Positions 1 to 10,172 are shown, counted from the stretch's first letter. The stretch is 64,000 bases of DNA from a virus (IMGVR_UViG_3300032163_000010:1-64000); one strand, 5' to 3'. The notes: a model not told the origin generated them from the sequence alone. Translations and numbers: made by a program.

Positions 1-827
1 CCATCTACGACAGTGGTTTTGTCCTTTCTATACCTGAGCCCCGCGTCGGCTTTGAAGTCCTTCGGAATACCTAATTTCTTCAGTACAGCATCTGCAACGG
101 TATCCTTTGTATACGTTACCGCCCCAACAGCTAATATTGCATCTGCTAAAAACGCCTTTGTCTTACGTGAAACTAATACCGCATCAGCTGTGAATGCCTT
201 ATCCTTATAGAACTTCAGAGTTTGCGGACACTCAAAATACGCTGCTGCAGAGCCAACAGTAGTTTGATCTACAACATCCGTCGTACCATCATAATAAGTA
301 TGGGCCGTATACGCAGCTGTCTTAACGTTGTTAAGGTAATACCATATCTCTACGACGATCCTGTCTCCATCAAGAACAGAGAAATCCCCAACTGCACCAG
401 TAGATGTATCTATAACTCCAGTCTCAGCAGTGTAGTCTCCATGTGTGTCAGTTACCGGTCCTACGATGGTTTTTACATTCCCGGAACCTTGCCGATAAAC
501 GTATACAAAAATATCCGCGTATTGGTTTTGCAGGGTGCTGCTCTCCATCTGCGCGGTAGCAACTTTCCAGTTCGCTTGTCCACCGGTTAACGTCTGTGCT
601 GCTAGTTCTGGGGTTATAAACAACCTCATCAGTACATATCTAGCAACACCAGCGTTGTTATAGCTCCCTGAGATGTCCTCTTGACCGGCATCGGGCGCAG
701 GGAGCATATCATGTACGACGTTCTTATCAGACGGCACCGTCGGGAAGTAATCGCTTCTGCCACTTACGCCCCCAGTTGGATAGTTTCCAGTGGCGTGTGA
801 CTCTCTAAGATATAACTTCGTTACCAA
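1..827 (-). CDS. Virion structural protein, 3' end outside window, with K-x-F-T-A-D-A-V-L repeats; missing from the ORF track
   Basis: Manual translation from TTG at 827 gives MVTKLYLRESHATGNYP...DKAFTADAVLVSRKTKAFLADAILAVG...TKDTVADAVLKK...PKDFKADAGL, open to the window edge. The same repeat occurs in the 56.8-60.5 kb tail fibre. Confidence 0.8.
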   Translation of the reverse strand, partial: MVTKLYLRESHATGNYPTGGVSGRSDYFPTVPSDKNVVHDMLPAPDAGQEDISGSYNNAGVARYVLMRLFITPELAAQTLTGGQANWKVATAQMESSTLQNQYADIFVYVYRQGSGNVKTIVGPVTDTHGDYTAETGVIDTSTGAVGDFSVLDGDRIVVEIWYYLNNVKTAAYTAHTYYDGTTDVVDQTTVGSAAAYFECPQTLKFYKDKAFTADAVLVSRKTKAFLADAILAVGAVTYTKDTVADAVLKKLGIPKDFKADAGLRYRKDKTTVVD

Positions 828-1098
828 TCACAGCCACCATCCATTCCCGCGATTTCCACATCGGGAATAGCTTCTCATCGTTCCAATTTTTCCAAGTAAT
901 CCTGGTCTCTGGGTAATCAGAATCTTCGAACCAAAATGTATACCCGGATTCTAACATAGCAGGATTCGCAGGATAGATATGGCATTCATTAGGCCGATGC
1001 TCGTAATTGTCGCATAATCCTTGAGGAGTAAGATGTATGCAGTTCTCTGGACAGCATATCTTGCCACATCTGGCACACTCACCCTGCCGAACTAGCAT
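805..1098 (-). CDS. YkgJ/FliB-like cysteine-cluster (Zn or Fe-S) protein
   Basis: CARCGKICC...CIHL....LCDNYEHRPNECHIYP matches the CxxCxxCC...C...CxxYxxRPxxCxxYP pattern. Confidence 0.7.
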   Translation of the reverse strand: MLVRQGECARCGKICCPENCIHLTPQGLCDNYEHRPNECHIYPANPAMLESGYTFWFEDSDYPETRITWKNWNDEKLFPMWKSREWMVAVIGNEVIS

Positions 1099-1490
1099 TA
1101 TTCCTTCATCTCATCGTCAGTCAGAATCACATTTCCATATAGAATATGATCCCCTACAAAGTGGTTTATAGTCTCTATATGGCCATCGGGAAATACGAAG
1201 TTCACGACTTGGAAATTAATGCCATTCTTGGTCTCCTGCCAGCCAACGAGCCATACAACACCCCGTTGACCATCGTTTCGGATGAATGTTCGTCTTCGAG
1301 CGATAAGTCTCATCCCTTTTTGGAGATGCAAAATAACTTTTGGCTCTCCAGTGGTCGTTTCAACTAAATCAAATCTTACAAGTCTCTCCCTATCGATATC
1401 CTTGTAAAGATTCTCCCGACCACTTATGTCAATTTGAGGTAGCGTAGTCCCATCTTGGTAGACCGCCACCCAGAAAAACAAAAGACTCAT
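1098..1490 (-). CDS. Hypothetical protein of the virion module
   Basis: 130-aa ORF, translationally coupled to its neighbour in the structural operon. Confidence 0.6.
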   Translation of the reverse strand: MSLLFFWVAVYQDGTTLPQIDISGRENLYKDIDRERLVRFDLVETTTGEPKVILHLQKGMRLIARRRTFIRNDGQRGVVWLVGWQETKNGINFQVVNFVFPDGHIETINHFVGDHILYGNVILTDDEMKE

Positions 1491-1529
1491 TGTATTGAGC
1501 CCCTCTTGGGTCCTTTTCTCTATTTCCTC

Positions 1530-2123
1530 TTAGATTTCGTCGTACCTATACGTCCAGGTTTCGTCTGCTAGATCTCCAGGGCTTGCAGTATCGATGACCT
1601 CCATCTGGACCACCGCGTAGTTCGTAGTCTCACCGATAGCATCCATCTTCGATCCCGACTCGGAAATCGTGATCGCCTTCGGTGCTGCTGAACTAAACGA
1701 GAATATGTTCGTCCTTGCCGTAATGTCAGTGTGTTTATTCCCACCTGAATCCATCCTATCTCCAGTATCCCCTGGCGTTCCCGTCGCGAGATCATACCCT
1801 GTAGTTACCGTTGAACTATGCAACGGCTGTTCGTCGCCTATGTATGTCGCTATCCCAGTCCCGAACGGAGTTGTATCCGTGTACAGCTTGACGTTGTCTA
1901 TCTGCGTGAACGTCCCCGCTGTGACTTTGAGATAGATCTGCTTCCAGTACGAGTACTTTGTCACCGAAGCGACAATCGGTATAGGGTCGACCGTATCTAT
2001 CGTCGCATTGTCATTCGTTTTGAATCGTAGATTCGGTGGGCCTAACGCGTCAACATCCTGCGGCGTACCTGGCGAGTTATCCGTTCCGCCGAAATCAAAG
2101 AACACGTGTACTGTTGCAACCAT
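1530..2123 (-). CDS. Putative virion structural protein (beta-rich, Thr/Gly/Asp-rich)
   Basis: 197-aa ORF with GGAGTG RBS, located in the head-tail gene cluster. Confidence 0.6.
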   Translation of the reverse strand: MVATVHVFFDFGGTDNSPGTPQDVDALGPPNLRFKTNDNATIDTVDPIPIVASVTKYSYWKQIYLKVTAGTFTQIDNVKLYTDTTPFGTGIATYIGDEQPLHSSTVTTGYDLATGTPGDTGDRMDSGGNKHTDITARTNIFSFSSAAPKAITISESGSKMDAIGETTNYAVVQMEVIDTASPGDLADETWTYRYDEI

Positions 2124-2201
2124 TTTTATTCACTCCTTGACGCGTTTACTTCCTGTTTCCAGGCCAGGAGCGTCATCCCCCCTCTGACACACATCAAAGG
2201 C

Positions 2202-2525
2202 TCACCCAAAGAAACGCGCAATCAACTGTCCCAATATCGCTGTTACACTTGCGATGACGGCCACAATTATCGCAGCCTTCTCCCTCCACCGCAGCGGGTC
2301 CCTTCGTGAATCCTTAGCAGATTGAATCTCCCCTCTCAATTTTGTAATCTCGTGGTTGACAAAACTATTCAGTCGGACATTGATCGCCTCGATTGCTGCA
2401 GCTTGAAGCTCCTTACAGGCTTTTTCAGTTTCAGTTATTATTCCCAATCGCACATCTATCCCATCCGTACGAGTCTCCAATACTGCAACCCGTTCACCTA
2501 TTTCCTTAGGTTTCTTGCTCATCAA
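2202..2525 (-). CDS. Coiled-coil protein with C-terminal transmembrane helix
   Basis: Heptad-like N-terminus (ERVAVLE) and hydrophobic AAIIVAVIASVTAILGQLI at the C-terminus. Confidence 0.6.
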   Translation of the reverse strand: MMSKKPKEIGERVAVLETRTDGIDVRLGIITETEKACKELQAAAIEAINVRLNSFVNHEITKLRGEIQSAKDSRRDPLRWREKAAIIVAVIASVTAILGQLIARFFG

Positions 2526-2533
2526 GTCACCTA

Positions 2534-2914
2534 CTACAGTGTACCAGCTTCGAACCAGAACGTCCCCGTACCATGTGTGTCGTTAACATTCGGTTTAACA
2601 GAGATCCTCGCATGCCTCCAGTATCCTCGAATCTCCGTGTTACCGATGTCCTCTCTCAACACCCAAGCTCCTGCGGCAACAACAATATCCGTTAGTCTCG
2701 TCGACCAATAGGTCCCGTCTGGAGAGAATTCTATTTGAAATTTGAGATCGTTCGTCGCTGCGGTTAGAACTAGGGTCTTTGATTTGAGACCTCGAATCCC
2801 AAACACCCCAGCGGCATCTCCACCAGTGACAGGAACAGGAACATAAGTATTAACCGTTGTTAACTTCGAGCCTTCAGCATGACCTAATACTGGTTTTACA
2901 AACATATCAGTCAA
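2534..2914 (-). CDS. Putative virion structural protein
   Basis: 126-aa beta-rich ORF (FQIEFSPDGTYW...RHARISVK) downstream of the capsid genes. Confidence 0.5.
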   Translation of the reverse strand: MTDMFVKPVLGHAEGSKLTTVNTYVPVPVTGGDAAGVFGIRGLKSKTLVLTAATNDLKFQIEFSPDGTYWSTRLTDIVVAAGAWVLREDIGNTEIRGYWRHARISVKPNVNDTHGTGTFWFEAGTL

Positions 2915-3004
2915 TTCTTTTCACCTGACACTACCAGTGGGATATTACGCCCCCACTACGGCTTTAGAGGTTGTTAAAAGACTAGACCTCCACTAGTCAT
3001 CGGA

Positions 3005-3952
3005 TCACTTCAACGCAACGTATATATCGTCGGCAGAAGCTACCCCTGTAAGCGCTATCCCTGCCATGGCATTCGAGTCGTCCTGTTCATCAGCGATTAG
3101 CCCCGATGCTGTTCTAGCAGCCTCTAAGTCACCTATATGTACATATGTCACAGTAGCGTACTTACCTACCGTCGGTATCTCTGCTGCACCATTCAACTGG
3201 ATTTCCTCACTCTGAGCAGCCCCGGTCTCACTGTAGCCATAAACAGCAATGTACTTCGTTGACGCTGCCGATGCTACGAAGTCAGGCTTCGCACAGTGTG
3301 CTCTACCGTCAGCTACGGCGATCCTGCCAACACTAAGCGTTCCAGTAGCAATAGTGACTATAGCTAGCCCACCGGAGTGCTCGTGAGCTATCACGTTCCC
3401 CGCATGAGCAGCTGAGATCACCACTGCGTGAATCCTCACGAAAGCCTTGGCCCCCGTATCCTCGGTGAGGCCATTCAACGTGTAAGTTTCTGTTTCTAAT
3501 GCAGCTCCCACAAGCCCGTAGACAGTGACCGTCTGACCTACATCTCCCGCGTCATCACTGACTACGTCTACCGTGTCACCTGCTGGTTGGTTAGCAAAAT
3601 CCCCTCCGGTCTTTGTCGTGAAGTCTCCTAGAGCCCCACCGACTAAATTAGCATCGAGGAATCTTACAGCCTTCCCACCAGGGCCTGCTTTGATTGGCTT
3701 ACCAACTTCGAGCTTCCCATACGTCGCTACAGGTGTTATTCCACAGGACTTGAAGGTAATCGGTTCTGCAGAACCGTGAGCGAGTCCTCGGCTCTCTGCT
3801 CCGATCACATCAATTGCACTAGCTGTTGCCGCGACTATCCCAGTTCCATCGTGCCTTACGAGACAATGTGCTGTAGTACTGCCATTCGTCGCTAAGGAGT
3901 ACTCGGAGTCCTTAATAAGACCCCTTAGTATCAGACCGATGTCCTCTACCAT
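3005..3952 (-). CDS. Putative head decoration/minor capsid protein
   Basis: Ala/Gly-rich 315 aa directly after the MCP. VGKPIKAGPGGKAV...AGIALTG resembles capsid-cement repeats, with a central insertion. Confidence 0.5.
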   Translation of the reverse strand: MVEDIGLILRGLIKDSEYSLATNGSTTAHCLVRHDGTGIVAATASAIDVIGAESRGLAHGSAEPITFKSCGITPVATYGKLEVGKPIKAGPGGKAVRFLDANLVGGALGDFTTKTGGDFANQPAGDTVDVVSDDAGDVGQTVTVYGLVGAALETETYTLNGLTEDTGAKAFVRIHAVVISAAHAGNVIAHEHSGGLAIVTIATGTLSVGRIAVADGRAHCAKPDFVASAASTKYIAVYGYSETGAAQSEEIQLNGAAEIPTVGKYATVTYVHIGDLEAARTASGLIADEQDDSNAMAGIALTGVASADDIYVALK

Positions 3953-3966
3953 GTCTAGTGACCTCC

Positions 3967-4920
3967 TTAACAGACGTTCGCGATCTTCACTATGCCCACA
4001 TTCGTTGCATCGCCGGAGCTATTCGGCTGTATCTTCGTTCCGAAGAGTTGTCTAGCTACCCACTCTTCTCCACCGTCATCTAAGTCCTTGTGCGCAGCTG
4101 CAGGTATCACTCCACCCGTGTAGACACCGTGTTCGCCGACATCCTCCGAGTTGACCACCAAGTACGCATCATCACTGATCCCTGCAGGACTCCCTGCCAA
4201 GGTGTAGATGCTCCCAGGTGGGTGAGTTATCGCGTCGGTATACAATGTCGGTAACAAGCTGATACTATAGTTCCCCTTGATGTAGTCTCTAAGCCTCTGT
4301 TGGACGTTTCCTATCAGCATCAGTTTATTAACTTGACCGAAGACCTTAGCTGGAACTACCAAGTTGATGTTCGCCAATGTCTCCATCGTGGTATAGCCAT
4401 TCGACAACAGGTTGTTCCAGGCGTCGACGATGTTTCCCTCTATGTCAACGGTAGCTCCACCTGAGTTCCACTCGGAGCCAACACCAACCGTGACAGTCGA
4501 TGCAGCATAGGTTCCTGCGATGAGCTTGTCTAGTATGTCCTTGTCTTTCCAGAAGGCCAGTGCCTCTTGGACTCTCCGTATCGCAGCTTGCTGATCTTGC
4601 TGAGCGGCCTGACGGATCTTACCCTCACCAGTTATCGCCCAACGGGCTTCAAACTTGTATAGGGTATATCCATACGGAGTCCACGTGACACGCTCGACCT
4701 GTACCTTCGCACCAGGGGCTAACGGATAGTTACCTATCAAGTTCCCTGGGAAGGAGCTTGCTATGTCGATTGTTGGGTATGTCTTAGTCGGTAGCATCTT
4801 CACTCCTACACTGAGGAAATCCGCATTACGCCAGATGACTCGTTCGACTACGGCATTCTTTCTGACATTGTCAGAAGTCATCATTCCGTCAGCCATTGCT
4901 ACTTTCATTGGGTTGGACAT
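3967..4920 (-). CDS. Major capsid protein (HK97-like fold, inferred)
   Basis: 317 aa in the canonical position after portal, protease/scaffold and decoration genes; segments such as LAFWKDKDILDKL and NLVVPAKVFGQV. Confidence 0.7.
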   Translation of the reverse strand: MSNPMKVAMADGMMTSDNVRKNAVVERVIWRNADFLSVGVKMLPTKTYPTIDIASSFPGNLIGNYPLAPGAKVQVERVTWTPYGYTLYKFEARWAITGEGKIRQAAQQDQQAAIRRVQEALAFWKDKDILDKLIAGTYAASTVTVGVGSEWNSGGATVDIEGNIVDAWNNLLSNGYTTMETLANINLVVPAKVFGQVNKLMLIGNVQQRLRDYIKGNYSISLLPTLYTDAITHPPGSIYTLAGSPAGISDDAYLVVNSEDVGEHGVYTGGVIPAAAHKDLDDGGEEWVARQLFGTKIQPNSSGDATNVGIVKIANVC

Positions 4921-4922
4921 GC

Positions 4923-5387
4923 TTAGCAGCCTCCTATCTTGAGCATCATCTTAATGACGCCCCCTGTGTTGTTTGTCTTCGCTTCGAGAGCTCTTCCTAC
5001 GACAGACCTGAGCTCTACGAGTGTCGGAGTGGCACCTGCGTAGGTGATCTTATCGACCGTTCCACCTGCGGTCGACTGCAATGTATCACCGATGACAATG
5101 TCAACGTTCGTTCCTAAAAGCTGCACTAGTGATTCACCTTCCCGTTGAATGAGACAAGGTTTCGCGGCCTGTGCTGTCCATACGCCTCCACCGTAGCCGT
5201 CACCAATGAACTCCTTCGTCGACTTTGTCGCTATACCGTAGACCTGCTCATCAGCTCCACAGAGGTCCACGTGGCCAGTTGTCATGAGTTTGAGAACTCT
5301 ACCGCCGTAGTCGATTGCAGAATCTGCAATCCTAGACTCGAACTCTTCGCCTCCGAGGCTCATTCTCAGAACTCCACCGTCTACCAT
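4923..5387 (-). CDS. Capsid cement/decoration protein
   Basis: 154 aa between scaffold and MCP; IVIGDTLQSTAGG...VVGRALEA motif typical of head decoration proteins. Confidence 0.6.
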   Translation of the reverse strand: MVDGGVLRMSLGGEEFESRIADSAIDYGGRVLKLMTTGHVDLCGADEQVYGIATKSTKEFIGDGYGGGVWTAQAAKPCLIQREGESLVQLLGTNVDIVIGDTLQSTAGGTVDKITYAGATPTLVELRSVVGRALEAKTNNTGGVIKMMLKIGGC

Positions 5388-6307
5388 TACTTCTTACCTC
5401 CTAAGAACATCGTTTCCATTGGTACACCAAACATCTCGAGTGCCGCAGGCTTAAGGTCCTCATCCTTGACTTGAACCACAGTCCCCGCACTTGGGAGTGT
5501 CGGTGTGAACTTGGCTAGCTGGGTCTTGTATGCATTCAGCATACGCATCTTCATCGCATGGTCAGCAATTCCCTCGCAGTAGGTCTCGATCTTGAACTCC
5601 TTGTCCACCCCTGTGATCTCGCTAACTGCCCTTGCAATCTCCGCAACCTCATTCGCTACCTTCATAGCTCCTAAAGTCGTCTTGACAATTTCGAGATCAG
5701 TCTTCAGTGTGTCTACCGTCTTACCCTTCTCGGCAAGCGCTTTCAATACAACGTAGTCCTCTTCGGCAAGCGCTACAACCTTCCCCTTGGGTTCGCCTAT
5801 AATCGTTGCGCTTTCTAGAAGTGCTTTTCTCTGTGCTTCATCCATTTCCATTTTCACACTCTCTATTCTGTCGATCATAGCGGGTCGACACGCGGGATTC
5901 GCTCTTCCTATGGCAACCGCTGTGCCTTGAATCTTCAATGCGTTCATCTGGTCATCCACCCAGACATCGGCCTCCATCGATTGCCCTAAGGGGTATTCAC
6001 TGGCAACTATCTTAGCTATAATCTCCTTATCCCAGATATAACCCCTGTTACGGATGCAACCATTCTGATACCACGCTGCGGCGTTGAATCCCTTAACGGC
6101 CGCCCTCGTTTGATCAAAATGGCTGTCTACTAACGATGTCCCGGAGAACGTCGGTGCTCCTTCGGCTATTACGGCGGGGCTTACGTACTTGATTTCATTG
6201 CCGTCTACGCCTCTCCATGTCCCAGGGCAGAGGATTGTGCCTTCGTATTTGATTACCTCACCCAGGGTCTCATAGGAAGTAATCTCTCCACTCAGAACAG
6301 CTTTCAT
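5387..6307 (-). CDS. Prohead protease/scaffold protein
   Basis: N-terminal globular domain (LVDSH, GQSMEA, AIGRANPAC) plus a C-terminal coiled-coil. Start placed at ATG 6307 after an AGGTG RBS. Confidence 0.6.
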   Translation of the reverse strand: MKAVLSGEITSYETLGEVIKYEGTILCPGTWRGVDGNEIKYVSPAVIAEGAPTFSGTSLVDSHFDQTRAAVKGFNAAAWYQNGCIRNRGYIWDKEIIAKIVASEYPLGQSMEADVWVDDQMNALKIQGTAVAIGRANPACRPAMIDRIESVKMEMDEAQRKALLESATIIGEPKGKVVALAEEDYVVLKALAEKGKTVDTLKTDLEIVKTTLGAMKVANEVAEIARAVSEITGVDKEFKIETYCEGIADHAMKMRMLNAYKTQLAKFTPTLPSAGTVVQVKDEDLKPAALEMFGVPMETMFLGGKK

Positions 6308-6378
6308 CCGATGCACCTGATTGACGTTTTTCCGGGGGTACCACTAACCCCCTTCCGCGTATCCGTATTCTTTTTTAA

Positions 6379-6392
6379 CATTTATAAAGCCT
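6379..6392 (-). promoter_or_regulatory. Possible late TATA box for the capsid operon
   Basis: Minus strand GGCTTTATAAATG about 75 nt upstream of the 6307 start, followed by a GGGGG-TTAGTGGTA-CCCCC hairpin. Confidence 0.4.
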
Positions 6393-6397
6393 GGGCC

Positions 6398-7141
6398 CTA
6401 TGAGAAGTCCTCGGCAAGACCTTGTAACAACCTTGCGACAAGATCCATCGCTTGAGCGTTGACCTCATGACCACATCTCTTCATTGCTCCTTTAATTTTT
6501 GTCTTCATAGCTGACCATTCGGCATCTGAGTACCCTCCAGCTGATTGGTTGGCGTCATGATGAATGTACTGCCATGCGGAAACCACATGCGCACAATCAA
6601 CAGGGTATTTATAATTCGTGGGATCAGCAAACTGTGAATCAGGGATGTCTTTGTACTTCGCAGGCTTAGTCTTATGACCTTCTTCTTTCTTCCCTATAGC
6701 ATAAAGTACCGCTCGTTTGTCCTGGTCAGGTTCTTCTTCAACTGGATTCGAAGTTAACAGGACTTGTTTCCCATCTACAGGGTTATACCCGCGGGACTCC
6801 AACTCAGGGACATACTTCGACAACCCAACAAGACAGGGTTTCTCGAGAGCCGCCTCATACGCAAGTATCAAATCATAACTCGATGCATTCTTGGCTTCAT
6901 CAAAAGCCTGAGCTTGTTCCTTTACCGTATGGTCATGTAGCCACTTCGATACACTATCCCTCGTAGGGAACTTGTCCTTATGGAAGACAATCGACTGTAT
7001 TGCCCATTCGTCTTTGCCTTTATACTTGCCGAAGACGAAGCTCACCCCGCCATTCGTCTCCTTCGTGCGGAAATCCTCAAAGAGGCCAGGATCCCTAACC
7101 CTGTACCTCCACGTGTTCTCTTTCTCTTCTATTCCCGGCAT
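6398..7141 (-). CDS. Head-morphogenesis-associated two-domain protein (C-terminal domain DUF6582-like)
   Basis: N-terminal WRYRVRDPGLF...QSIVFHKDKF...WL domain and C-terminal IPDSQFADP..YKYPVD..HV..AW domain, both recalled from phage head genes; lies between portal and protease. Confidence 0.55.
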   Translation of the reverse strand: MPGIEEKENTWRYRVRDPGLFEDFRTKETNGGVSFVFGKYKGKDEWAIQSIVFHKDKFPTRDSVSKWLHDHTVKEQAQAFDEAKNASSYDLILAYEAALEKPCLVGLSKYVPELESRGYNPVDGKQVLLTSNPVEEEPDQDKRAVLYAIGKKEEGHKTKPAKYKDIPDSQFADPTNYKYPVDCAHVVSAWQYIHHDANQSAGGYSDAEWSAMKTKIKGAMKRCGHEVNAQAMDLVARLLQGLAEDFS

Positions 7142-7156
7142 GTTATCAACTCCTCT

Positions 7157-8635
7157 TTACGTTTTCTGACTTGTGAACTTATTCTCCGGAGTCACGGCGT
7201 CACTCGTAGACCCGGGTTTCCCTCTCTTTGCCTGTGCGGCCTCCTCCTCCGAAGTGTTCGCATTAGGCCCCAATATATTCTGAGACGCGTTCTTAAGCCT
7301 CTCTAGTTCCTTGAACAGAAGCTCCCTGTCGTCCTCCGTGAGAGGGTCCTTCCCTAAAATCTCCCTCATTTCATTAATCGTGTATATCTTCGAACTGGCG
7401 ACTACGGCGACCTGCCTTGTCAAAGTTTCTACATCCTTCGGCAAGATCAACTGTAACTTAAGATCTAGCTGGTTGATCACCTCTAGGTCCCCCTCCAAGG
7501 ACTCCTTGAGTACCGTCAACAGACTGTCCTTGATAATCCCTGCATAATGCTCAGCAGCAAGTTGTTCGTACGAAGAACTGACCAACTCTGCAGCATAGCT
7601 CTCCTTGATTTCCGAACCAACCTTGCTAAAGTAGGTATCCGTGACCGCCTGTCCCAACTGTCTCAGCAAATCATTCGGTGTGACATATGTCGTTGATTTT
7701 GGTTCGATAACGGATATTTCGACACCCTTAACATCTCCGACTTTCGGCGTGACATATCCCTGATCGGGCATCTGATTCTTCAACTTTTCTATATAAGCGT
7801 CAATAGCCGTTGCCCCTGCTTTCAACGCGGCGGCTTTGCGTTCGTCAATTGTATCCCCTTGGTAGAGACCAGGATTGAGAACATCCGTCAGATCGATCAC
7901 ATGATGCTCCCTCGGCAGGTAGAGTTTCCTCCAAACCATGTCGTTAACCATAGTTTGAAGTCTCCAAAATAGGATCGGTCGGAGGGCTTCAATCGGTGAC
8001 TGGGACCAAATCCCCCATGTTACCCTCCCTTGGTTATCCGTAACCTCATCGACATCATTTCCTATAGCTACATGGACGACATCAGAAGCTTTATAGACCT
8101 TCCATCCAGAGGCTCCTGCGGCTTCGTTATATATATAAACCCCCGGAGGTCCCGATACAATCTCCGGATGGTTCTCCAGGTCTTTCATACTATTTAGTGC
8201 CGTCATCATTCCCATCGGTAGCACATTTAATCTTGCATTTGGTAAATCCTTCGTTAGGACTACATCGCCGTCTATAAGAAGTCTCCTGGCGCAGGAATAG
8301 AACAACTCTCTGAATCTGAACGCCTCAGCTTTCTTCTGAGCTGCGGTTAATATTGTATTCTCAGCCCCAGAGAGATCCTCCCCTGGATGCAGTATGACCC
8401 CCTTGTAAGCTCTCGCTGCCATCATTGCCATCTTAGTTAGAGCAGCATTCAACATCGAATCCCGTCGGACGAGTCTATTGTACAACTGGTACCTGTTTAA
8501 CCCTGTCTGAAATACCTCAGAAAGGATATCCGTTGCTCCAGGGATTTTGTGGAACAATGTAGGGATGTCAGTTAACGCGACATCCATCTTCGCTGAATCA
8601 TACTTGATGTGTATTGGTCCTAGATCAATTTGCAT
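7157..8635 (-). CDS. Portal protein
   Basis: 492 aa directly after TerL; LLIDGDVVL, DVVHV, WSQSPIEAL and IYTINEMREILGKDPL are portal-like segments. Confidence 0.8.
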   Translation of the reverse strand: MQIDLGPIHIKYDSAKMDVALTDIPTLFHKIPGATDILSEVFQTGLNRYQLYNRLVRRDSMLNAALTKMAMMAARAYKGVILHPGEDLSGAENTILTAAQKKAEAFRFRELFYSCARRLLIDGDVVLTKDLPNARLNVLPMGMMTALNSMKDLENHPEIVSGPPGVYIYNEAAGASGWKVYKASDVVHVAIGNDVDEVTDNQGRVTWGIWSQSPIEALRPILFWRLQTMVNDMVWRKLYLPREHHVIDLTDVLNPGLYQGDTIDERKAAALKAGATAIDAYIEKLKNQMPDQGYVTPKVGDVKGVEISVIEPKSTTYVTPNDLLRQLGQAVTDTYFSKVGSEIKESYAAELVSSSYEQLAAEHYAGIIKDSLLTVLKESLEGDLEVINQLDLKLQLILPKDVETLTRQVAVVASSKIYTINEMREILGKDPLTEDDRELLFKELERLKNASQNILGPNANTSEEEAAQAKRGKPGSTSDAVTPENKFTSQKT

Positions 8636-8639
8636 TCAA

Positions 8640-10172
8640 TCACCTCACGATACTAAACGGAGCGATCAATGGAGGAACCCACGGGGCAGGAGGCTCCACG
8701 CTCGCCGCCCACACGACGTTACACACAGCATCCGAGAGGTCCTTCGATCCACCCTTCGGATGATCAACGTGTTTTGCATTCAATTGAATGAGATTCTTCC
8801 ATTCTTCGAGCAGCTTCGTATTCGGGGCAACATGTAATTGCTCCGCGTATTGCAACTTGCGGATGATCTCATAATGTTCAAGCTTGACTAGGTTGTTATA
8901 GACCATGACCCCAGCAAGTTGCAACTCCTTCTGTAACTCCGGATACTGCCAGGTATCGGAGACGAACATCCCAATTCGAAGATCATTAACAATTCCCGGA
9001 TAATGAATACTATCCCTAGGATCCCCAAGGATGTCTCTCCTCACGACTAACGGATTGATCTCCATAGCGACCTTCTTACCGGCCTTCTTGATCAATAATG
9101 GATCCTTAACTGCCTCTGGGTCGTACCTCTTAACTCCGATAATGTAATACTCATCAGTGTCTGAATCTAAATATCCCAACGCCAACCCGAAGGAGTCCAT
9201 CGTTCCTGCCGGATCGGCAGCAAGGATCAGATTGACCGGATTAGTTCTTTGCCTTGCTTTCCAATACGCCCATGTAGACCCTGATTCGAATACATTTAAC
9301 ATTGAGTCATTGAACTTAAGGATGCTGTCGTCCTTGTAGAACCTGTCCACTGCAGCTTGCGGGATAGCACCGTAATCCCTCCAGAAGGTGATCGGATCCT
9401 CCTTGAGCTTCGCCTGCAGGAACTCCCCGTCGAACGGAAGGTTCGGATTCATCTCCCATGTTGGGAGATTATAGCACTGCGCGTATGGGCTGTTAAGATT
9501 ATCCCTGTATAACATCCATGATTTGGTCTCAGTATACAACGGAGACGTGATGACGACATTCTTGCCGAAAAACTGGAAACTCGAGGTCGATTTTGACAAT
9601 GAACTGAATACTAACTCAGCTGAACGCTTGCCTTCCGTGCGTTCGAGCCTGTCTAATTCATCGAAAATGTTGCATTTGACTGTTCGCCCAACAAGAGCTA
9701 ACGCAGAACTGAGTCCCGCTTTGATTTCGATGTTGTACTTAGGGAACCTGATCTCATTTGCATAGCACTCTGCGCCATATTTCTCGAAAAACGGCGATTT
9801 CAGGACGGATTTCTTGACCTCCCAGTAGATTGTGTCTTCGGCTTGTTCTTCGGATGTGGCTACACAGACGATGTAGAACTTGGAACCCTTCTCCAGATGG
9901 AACTTTTCCTCGATATCTGGCGAAGTTAGGAGGTCAAACGCCTCATAGCAGGCGATATCTGCACCGAGGCGAGTCTTACCCCCACGCATTCCCGCGATCA
10001 ACACGAGCAAGATCGTCTTCGGGACGCGGTAAAATGTCTCAAATATGTATTTCTGCATGGGGTAGGGCTTGCGACCCAGGAAATACTCATTCTCGACGAA
10101 CGAGGCAGGGTCAGTCCTCGCTTGCATCTCCAGATACATCTGCATAGTCGAGGAGTAAACCATCAAAATCAC
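8640..10172 (-). CDS. terL: Terminase large subunit
   Basis: Walker A AGMRGGKT, Walker B NIFDE, coupling motif ITSP, LPTWEMNP, nuclease AADPA and C-terminal DHPKGGSKDLSDA. Confidence 0.92.
   Translation of the reverse strand: MILMVYSSTMQMYLEMQARTDPASFVENEYFLGRKPYPMQKYIFETFYRVPKTILLVLIAGMRGGKTRLGADIACYEAFDLLTSPDIEEKFHLEKGSKFYIVCVATSEEQAEDTIYWEVKKSVLKSPFFEKYGAECYANEIRFPKYNIEIKAGLSSALALVGRTVKCNIFDELDRLERTEGKRSAELVFSSLSKSTSSFQFFGKNVVITSPLYTETKSWMLYRDNLNSPYAQCYNLPTWEMNPNLPFDGEFLQAKLKEDPITFWRDYGAIPQAAVDRFYKDDSILKFNDSMLNVFESGSTWAYWKARQRTNPVNLILAADPAGTMDSFGLALGYLDSDTDEYYIIGVKRYDPEAVKDPLLIKKAGKKVAMEINPLVVRRDILGDPRDSIHYPGIVNDLRIGMFVSDTWQYPELQKELQLAGVMVYNNLVKLEHYEIIRKLQYAEQLHVAPNTKLLEEWKNLIQLNAKHVDHPKGGSKDLSDAVCNVVWAASVEPPAPWVPPLIAPFSIVR

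Noticed and set aside
6330-6360. tRNA-like TAGTGGTA loop on the minus strand
   Set aside because: Only one hairpin; there is no anticodon arm, T-arm or acceptor stem.
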